The notes beneath the pieces are model-generated. The model was not told where the DNA came from. It made no database searches and worked only from the letters and a program-made list of their open reading frames with translations. The position numbers and the translations under genes are program-made. This document shows, piece after piece, positions 55,291-64,000 of a DNA stretch of 64,000 nt. Positions within the stretch are counted from its first letter, which is position 1. The number at the start of each line of letters is the position of its first letter. The DNA is taken from NCBI RefSeq assembly GCF_020745735.1, contig NC_083449.1, forward strand, positions 8,654,923-8,718,922. The letters run 5' to 3'. This DNA comes from Hemiscyllium ocellatum (Eukaryota).

Positions 55291-56014
55291 AACAAATGAG
55301 GGGGCAACAGCTAAAGTTATCTTATACTCCTCAGTTTCTTAACTGTGTGACTTTACACATTTTATAACTTTATAACAGAAATTAAAATTACAAATTTATA
55401 ACAAGTAATGCAAAATTAACTGTTTTCTGTTTTTTCTTCATAAATAATAAGGACTTTGGGGTATGTAAGAGGAGCAATAGAATTTGATTAAAATTAAATA
55501 CAATTCAGGATGTCCCTTAAGATAAGCTAGACTGACAGAAACTCGAAGGAGTATAGCAAGTAACTCTGGAATGTGAACAAATAGGAGACATAGAAAGATC
55601 CCAAGGCCGAGTGATTACAGTATCTGCTCATCACTTTGACATCAAGTGAACCTGGGGCTGTCAATGGATGCCCATCATTGATTAGGTGTCTCATAGGATA
55701 GGGCATGCAAAGTAAGAGGGAGGAACATATTAATCACGTTGTATGTGATTGTTCACAGAAAGTTACAAAAGATACTAGCTTTTTTAATTGTAAAATCAGT
55801 GTGCCATGGATCTCTCCTCCGAGGCCAGTCTCAGGGAAAGATCCTTTGGCTCTCTCCCTGCATTAACCGGTTTCTTCTTGAATAAACACCTACCACTTGC
55901 CTGAATCCTGTCTGCCTCCTGAGTCTTTCATCTCTGATCAGGGATTATGCTCCTACAGAGGACTTACTGTAGTCTGTGTAAACCACATCAACTGTACTAC
56001 TCCCATCAGTATAT

Positions 56015-56480
56015 TTTGCTGCCAGGTCTAGAGGGTTTGATTTATAGGGAGAGGCCAACTAGGTTGTTGTTTTTTTTCCCCCTGGACTGTCTGAGGCTGA
56101 GGTATGACCTTATTGAGGTTAATAAAATCATGAGTGACATCGAGAGGGTGAATATGCAAGGTCTTTTTTCTAATGTTGGGGAGTCCAAAAATACAGGGCA
56201 TAGGTTTAAGGTGAGAGGGAAAAAATTTAAAAAGCACTGTGGGTTACTTTATCATTGCAGAGGGTGGTGCTTGTATGGAATGAGCTACCAGAGGAAGTGG
56301 AGGTGGTGGGTACAATTGCAATCTTATGTAGGCACCTGGATCGGTACATGAATAGGAAGGGTTTAGAGGGAGACCGACCAAATACTGGCAAATGGGACTT
56401 GGTCAGATGAGGATCTCTGGTCAGCACTAACAACTTGGACCAAAGGACCTGTTTCTGTGCTGTACGACTGTATGACACTC
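56015..56480 (+). mobile_element. CR1-type LINE 3' end (older)
   Basis: LPGLEGL.YRER...RLRYDLIEV.KI. Confidence 0.8.
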
Positions 56481-57649
56481 TGAAGGCCAGACCTTGATAT
56501 TACTACTCCCAGTTAGATTCCGCACCATCAGAATTGGAAAAGTCCATTGCTTTTCCCACCTTGACTTTTGAGAACAGCACAGACTCGTTTCTGTGGCAAT
56601 GTGTTGCAGTTTTACTTGTCTGTGAATCCTACAGATACAAACAATTACAGAAAATAAGATCGTTCCCATTCACTTCAGGAAACATGAACTGAGAACTCTC
56701 CTGTCCCACTCTGCTAACTGGCTGTCCACTTTACAGCAAACATTTAAACTGCTCAGTAACACAATGCAGGAAGATTGAAGCAGGGTCAAGTGAGTATGGG
56801 CATCCTCCCTGTGTTATAACTGTTCCTTTCAAAAATCTTTTTTATATATAAAATCAGTGCGTATACACAATGGAGAACAGCCTGAGTATGCTGCGTGAAC
56901 TGTTGTGCTCTTCCAGCACCACTAATCCAGAAACAGCCTGAGGAGTCAACATTAAATTTTAGTTTAAGTTCTTCACTAGACAACGTGGCTCTACTCTGTG
57001 GCAGCCTGTCACATCTGAGCAGAGTTTTGAAGGACCAGTCCCATTGAATAGCACAAACTGACAGGTAGATAGTAATTCCCAGGTATACAAGCTGTACAAG
57101 TGAATGGAAAAGCAGAGCAAATAGTTGCTGACTGTGCCAGTTATTGTCCTTATTCATGTAATGAAGGGTGTGAAGGAAACTGATTTCTGGACGCAACCAA
57201 GAATGAGATTGTGCCAATACACAGTGGGTATAGAATAACTTGCAAAGCACATAAATACTGCCAGGTTAGTAGGTCCACAGGGAAAAATAGAAAAATCATG
57301 CCCACCAGGATCACATGGTTGGGAGAGCTAGCATTTCATTAATGAAGTTAAACAGGACAGGGTAAGAGTGAAATATGTCAGTCCCAGTGTACAAGTGAAC
57401 TTCCAATCAAATTTAAATGTATGGCATCACATTGGTCAAAAAGTAAACTCCACTTGATTGTTCAGAAATACTGAGCCCCCTATTGCATATTCACAATATA
57501 TTCCAGTTAAGTAGGGAAAGAAGTAAATAAACATTCAGATTACATATGCATCCAATTATCTCACCATGGTTTAAAATTGCTATCTGACTCTGACTATATG
57601 TATCATGTATCAATTCTGTTTGTCCAAACTGGAGGAATTAAATAGCAGG

Positions 57650-57806
57650 GTACAAACAATGACTGCAGATGCTGGAAATCGATGTTTCGGGCAAAAGCCC
57701 TTCATCAGGAATGCAGCCTGATGAAGGGCTTTTGCCCGAAACGTTGATTTTACTGCTCCTTGGATGCTGCCTGAATTGCTGTGCTTTTCCAGCACCACTC
57801 ATCCAG
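57650..57806. mobile_element. PLE fold-back insert with two hammerhead motifs
   Basis: Inverted CTGATGAAGGGCTTTTGCCCGAAAC pair; TSD GAATTA(A/G)ATAGCAGG. Confidence 0.8.
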
Positions 57807-58934
57807 AATTAGATAGCAGGCCAAGTGTCGGATTGAAACGAATATCGCAATTTAATTTATTTCCACAACGTGAAAACAGAACACTTACAAAATGACTGAA
57901 TAAATACATAGTTTTCAAGTGGTCCAAAGGGAAATCAAATATTAATATGAAAAGCTACACATTCAGACAGATCCAGAGAGATTATTGGACACAGAATGAA
58001 AAAGTTCTCATAAACATGTGAACAATAAATTCAAAATGCACATTCAGAATATAACTTACAATCATGACCGTACCATAGAATAACAGTTGTGGAAATTGTC
58101 CAAACTGCTCTATACTGTTAGAGACTGACAATGGTATTAAAAAGTCTCACTTTCATTTACAGTACATAGATACATACCTGCTATTGGGGTGGCTCAGTGG
58201 TTAGCACTGCTGCCTCACAGCAACAGGGTCCCAAGTTCGATTCCAGCCTTGGGTGACTATCTGTATGCAGAAGCTGATGTTCATAAGGGTATGGGAATGG
58301 AGGGCAGTGAGTCCGTCCTGTGTCTGTCCAAAGTGATAGCCAGTATATTCAAAGTTGTAGGTACTACATGAAACACATTCTTATGTCAATGGATGACACC
58401 TAGAGTAAAACAAGTTACACTTAAAAAGATTTGAGTTATAGTCCAGTAACATACTGACATGTAAAGACTCTGAAATAGGGTTTACAAAAATGATTTACAT
58501 CCCAGAAACAGACGGGCACAGATTAGTGTTGAAAGTGTGGTGCTGGAAAAGCACAGCAGGTCAGGCAGCATCCAGGAAGCAGGAGGATCCATGTATCAAA
58601 CATAAGCCCTTCATCTCGTCATTTCAGGCATAAACCCTCTCATCCTCAGCATCTGCAGTTCTCACCTCTCCTTGGGGCACAGATTGCAGGAATATTTCTA
58701 AGTGGCTGGCAAAGAGCGTAACGTATTACTGCTTACATCACTAATTGACTATTACACAGAGGACCAGAATCTGAAGAGACAGATGTTGAGTTAATGCAAA
58801 ATGTGTAAACAAGGACATGACAGATAGAGTTAAAGTGACACATATATAGCATGCTTTCTTACAGTTGCTGGTTAACAGGTATTCGCATATCACTGAGAAA
58901 TGCTATAAATCCCTACATAAAGTCGTAGAGATGC

Positions 58935-61900
58935 AAGTTTCTAGTGCTGAGACTGGCTCTAATGCAATGAGGGGTACGTCGGCTTCCAAGAGATTAATTG
59001 TGTTAGTGGATTCTGTAGTCTGAGGTACAGACAGACGTTTCTGTGGTCAGAAGTGATAAAGCAGAATGGTGTGTTGGTTCCCTTGTGCCAGAACCAAGGA
59101 TGTCTCAGAGAGTGTGCAGAATGTTCTCACGGGGGAATAGGGGACAGTAAGAGGTCATTGTCCACATTGGAACCAACGACATAGGAAGGGAAAAGGTTGA
59201 GATTCTGAAGGGAAATTAGAGAGAGTTAGGCAGAAATTTAAAAAGGAGGTTACTCCCAGTGCTACAAGCTAGTGAGGGCAGGAATAGGAGGACAGAGCAG
59301 ATGAATGCATGGCTGAGGAGCCAGTGTATGGGGGAAGGATTCACATTATTGGATCATTGGAATCTCTTTTGGGGTAGAGGTAGCCTGTACAAGAAGGACG
59401 AATTGCACCTAAATTGGAAGGGAACTAATATACTGGCTGTGAAATTTGCTAGAGCTGCTTGGGAGGATTTAAACTAGTATCATATCTTTTTGTGACTAGT
59501 TGAAGTTCATGTATCCTGGTGGCCAGCTTTATGCCTGTAAGGCGGGTGGGTGGGGTGGGGGGACCCATGGAAATAGTGAGGAAAGAGATCAGTCTGAGAC
59601 TGGTACAGTTGAGAACAGAAGAGAGTCAGTCAGGGCAAGCTGGGATAAGATAGGACTCATAAATTAAACTGCATTTAAACTTCCCCTAACAGGTAAGGCA
59701 GATGAATTCAGCATGGTTAGGAATATGGCACTGGGATATTGTAGCAATTACGGAAACATGGCTCAGGGATGGACAGGACTGGCAGCTTAATGTTCCAGGA
59801 TACATGTGCTACAGGAAGGATAGAAAGGGAGGCAAGAGAGGGAGGGGGAATGGCATCTTTGATAAGGTATAGCATGACAGCTGTGTCGAGGGAGGATATT
59901 CCTGGAAATACATCCAGGGAAGTTATTTTGTTGGAACTGAGAAATAAGAAAGGGATAATCACCTTATTGGGATTGTATTATAGACCCTTAATAATCAGAG
60001 GGAAATTGAGAAACAAACTTGTAAGGAGATCTCAGCTATCTGTAAGAATAATAGGGTGATTATGGTAGGGGATTTTAACTTTCCAAACATAGACTGGGAC
60101 TGCCATAGTGTTAAGGGTTTTGGTGGAGAGGAATTTATTAAGTGCGTACAAAACAATTTTCTGATTTAGTATGTGGATGTACCAACTAAAAAAGGTGCAA
60201 AACTTGACCTACACTTGGGGAATAAGGCAGGGCAGGTGACTGAGGTGTCAGTGGGGGAGCATTTTTGGGCCAGCGACCACATTTCTATTAGATTTAAGAT
60301 AGTGATGGAAAAAGATAGATCAGATCTAAAAGTTGAAGTTCTAAATTGGAGAAAGGCCAATTTTCACGGTATTAGGCAAGAACTTTCAAAAGCTGATTGG
60401 GTGCAGATGTTCGCAGGTAAAAGGACGGCTGGAAATTGGGAAGCCTTCAGAAATGAGATAACACGAATCCAGAAAAAGTATATTCCTAGCAGGATGAAAG
60501 GAAAGGCTTTCCTGAAGAAGGGCTTATGCTCAAAACGTCGATTCTCCTGCTCCTTTGTTGCTGCCTGACCTGCTGCGCTTTTCCAGCAACACATTTTTAA
60601 GCTCTGAAAGGAAAGGCTGGTAGGTATAGGGAATGCTGGATGACTAAAGAAATTGAGGATTTGGTTAAGAAAAAGAAGTAAGCATATGTCAGGTATAGAT
60701 AGGATAGATTGAATGTATCCTTAGAAGAATATAAAGGAGATAGAAGTATACTTGAGGGAAATCAGGAGGGCAAAAAGGGGACATGAGATAGCTTTGGCAA
60801 GTAGAATTAAGGAGAATCCAAAGGGTTTTTACAAATACATTAAGGACAAAAGGATAATGTGGGAGAGAACAGGGTCCCTCAAAGATCAGCAAGGCGGCCT
60901 TTGTGTGGAGCCGCAGAAAATGGGGGAGTTACTAAATGAGTATTTTGCATCAGTATTTATTGTGGAAAAGGATATGGAAGATATAGACTGTAGGGAAATA
61001 GATGGTGACATCTTGCAAAAAGTCCTGATTACATAGGAGGAAGTACTGGATGTATTGAAACGTAAAGGTGGATAAATCCCCAGGTGTACCCGAGAACTCT
61101 GTGGGAAGCTAGAGAGTGATTGCTGGGCCTCTTGCTGAGATGTTTATATCATTGATAGTCACAGGTGAGGTTGTCGGAAGACTGGAGGCTGGCAAACGTG
61201 GTGCCACTGTTTAAGAAGGGTGGTAAGGACAAGCCAGGGCACTATAGACCAGTGAGTCTGACCACAGTGGTGGTCAAGTTGTTGGAGGGAATCTTGAGGG
61301 ACAGGATGTACATGTATTTGGAAAGGCAAGGACTGATTAGGGCTAGTCAACATGGGAAATCATGTCTCACAAACTTGATTAAGTTTTTTGAAGAAGTAAA
61401 AAGAGGATTGATGAGGGCAGAGCGGTAACTATGGTCCATATAGACTTCAGTAAGGCGTTCGATAAGGTTCCCTGTGGCAGACTGATTAGCAAGGGAGACA
61501 GGGAATACAGGGAGAACTAGCCATTTGGATACAGAACTGGCTCAAAGGTAGAAGACAGAGGGTGGTGGAGGGTTGTTTTTCAGACTGGAGGCCTGTGACC
61601 ACAAGGATAGGTGCTCTACTTCTTGTAAAATACATAAATGATTGGGATGCGAGCATAAGAGGTACAGTTAGTAAGTTTGCAGAATACACCAAAATTGGAG
61701 GTTACCTCAGCGAAGACGGTTACCTCAGATTACAACAGAATCTTGACCAGATGGGCCAAAGGGCTGAGAAGTGGCAGATGGAGTTTAATTCCGATAAATG
61801 CGAGTTGCTGCATTTTGGGAAAGCAAATCTTAGACTTATACACTTAATGGTAAGGTCTTAGGGAGTGTTGTGGCACAAAGAGTCCTTGGAGTGCAGATTC

Positions 61901-62130
61901 ATAGCTCCTTGAAAGTGGAGTCACAGGTAGATAGGATAGGGGATGGTATGCTTTCCTTTATTGGTCAGAGTATCGAGTACAGGAATTGGGAGGTCATGTT
62001 GCGGCTGTACAGGACATCGGTTAGGCCACTGTTGGAATATTGCGTGCAATTCAGTTCTTCCTTCCTAACAGGTGGGACTAGATTGGGTTGGGATATCTGG
62101 TCGGCATGCTACACATCTCTACGACTCTAT
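58935..62130 (+). mobile_element. Long degenerate CR1-type LINE (ORF1 esterase, APE, RT, 3' tail)
   Basis: GDFNFPNIDW, LDL.LGN, SDH, ANVVPLFKKG, RPLLEYCVQF; GACTCTAT tail. Confidence 0.92.
60509..60604 (+). mobile_element. 96-bp PLE terminal insert beginning at the hammerhead motif
   Basis: TSD TGAAAGGAAAGGCT 60495-60508 / 60605-60618. Confidence 0.8.
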
Positions 62131-62819
62131 GTAGGGATTTATAGCATTTCTCAGTGTTACGCGAATACCTGTTAACCAACAACTGTAAGCAAGCATGTTA
62201 TATATGTGTCACTTTAACTCTGTATCTGTCATGTCCTTATTTACACATTTTGCATTAACTCAACATCTGTCTCTTCAGACAATCATTATATGGTCAATAT
62301 ATTTGCATATTCACACTGCAAAGACTGGCAGGGTCCAATTGATAACTATTGAATCATAAAGATAATACAGGACAGAGGGGGCTATGCAGCCCATCTTGTC
62401 CATGCCAACCCAAAGACCCCCAGAGGCCCTTTCTCATCCCATCTTCTTGCCGCAGACTGTAGCTTTGCAGTTAACGGAAATTGAGGTGCAGTTCCAGGGA
62501 TTTTTGTTTAAGAGTGTTTAGGGTCTCTGCCTGCACCACCAACTCAGGCAGCGGATTCCAGATACCCACCACTCTATGCATAAAAAACTTTTTCCTCACA
62601 TATCATGTAATCCTCCACCACTTCGTCTGAATCAATGATCCCTGGTATTTGAACTCTCTGCCAAAGGAAGCAGGTTCCTCCTGTGTACTCTAATCTCTCC
62701 CTCTCACCATTTAGTGAAAAATCACACAACACCAGGTTATAGTTCAACAGGTTTATTTGGAAGCATGAGCTTTCAGAGCTTCATTAGTAGCTCACTATTT
62801 AATATCCACTATTTAATAT

Positions 62820-63575
62820 TCCTAAATCATGGCACCTCTGTTCCAAAGAATATAACCCCAACCTCTCCAATCTCTCCCGATAACTACAATTCACCAGCCC
62901 TGGCAACATTCCAGTAAATCTCCTCTGCACTCTCTCCAGAGCAATGACGTCTTTCCTGTGATGTGGTGACCCGACTGCACACAATATTCCAGTTGTAGCC
63001 TCACCAGTGCCTTATATGGTTTCATTGTTATATCCCTACTTTTGTATTTCATCCCTCTCTCCAAGAAGGAGAGCATTTCATGTGCCTTCTTTACAACCCC
63101 ACCTATCTTTAGGGATCCATGCACGTGCACAACAAGATCTCTCACTTACCCTGCCCCCTCAGTATATCCCCATTTATTGTCTATTCCCATTCACTGTTTG
63201 ACTTCCCAAAATGCATTCCCTCACACTTCTCAGAGCTGAACTCCACCTGCCACTTTCCTGCCCATTCCACCAAACCATCTATAATACTTTTGGAGCTGAC
63301 AGCTATCCTCTACACTATCCACTAAATGGCCATTTTTTGTGTCATCTGAAAATTTCACAAATCTGCCCACCACATTCAAGTCCAAATCCTTAATGTACAA
63401 AACAAACAGCAGAGGTCCCAACACTGAGCCGTGCAGAGCACCACTTGAAACAGCTTTCCATTCACAAGAGCAGCCATCAACCATTACCATTTGTTTCCTG
63501 TTACTAAGCCAACTTTGCACCCAATTCACCACATTACCCTGGATCCCACAGCTTTTACTTTTTGAACCAGTCTGC
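62820..63575 (-). mobile_element. CR1-type LINE RT fragment
   Basis: GSVLGPLLF, FSDDTK, LERVQRRFT motifs. Confidence 0.88.
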
Positions 63576-64000
63576 TGTGATGATGCTGCTCCTTTAACAA
63601 GCCTGTAAAAGACACAGGCTCCGAAAAGTCTGACTTGATGGGTTTTAGGAACATTTCAATTATAGCTAACAGGTAATGCCTCGGGCAAAAGGCTTCCACA
63701 TTTTTAAAAAGAACACTTGTACAATGAAAGGGGACTGTCCCAATTTTCCCAGCTCAGCTTTTCTCTGGATTGATGTGGGTTTTGGCTGTCTGGCTATTGA
63801 CAGAAAGCAGTCAGGCAGTTGAAAAAGCTGCTGAACCCAAAGAAGCAGGTCCATGCTTGTACTCACTCTCTCTGACATCTCTTCTGTAAGACCCTGTGTT
63901 TGATTTTATCTTTTTGTGCCAAAGGGTGTTTGTGGGGACGATTGCAAGTATGGGGAACCGCATCATTAAGTTGGTATAATCTGTTAGGTTTTCGGATAGG
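63576..64000 (+). mobile_element. LTR-like segment paralogous to 19752-20150
   Basis: Same LINE/LTR junction ACCAGTCTGCTGTGATGATG. Confidence 0.55.

Overview
This is vertebrate genomic DNA, almost certainly from a shark or other cartilaginous fish (inferred from HE1/V-SINE, CR1-type LINE and Penelope repeat content). It carries a replication-dependent histone cluster. Six intact intronless genes have 3' stem-loops: H2A 626-1015+, H4 9197-9508+, H2A 11148-11537-, H2B 12577-12957-, H3.2 40081-40491- and H1 41501-42121-. Three are pseudogenes (H4, H2A, H2B). The locus is built from large inverted duplications (1-4420 / 7390-12185 and 31735-35745 / 46560-50745), a scrambled segmental copy at the right end, and long tracts of a degenerate ~49-bp satellite. 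Three unexplained signals stand out. (1) A multi-copy non-histone unit: an NRF1-type promoter with a near-invariant ~370-bp GC-rich block ending in a perfect splice donor (4 copies), plus an AG/GT-bounded second exon (7 copies). It sits head-to-head with H4 and also brackets H3/H1. (2) Many minimal type I hammerhead ribozyme motifs in short Penelope-derived inserts, some forming palindromes and two disrupting histone genes. (3) A recurring E2F/CHR-like cassette, including copies with no adjacent gene. All alignments were done by eye, so repeat boundaries are approximate.
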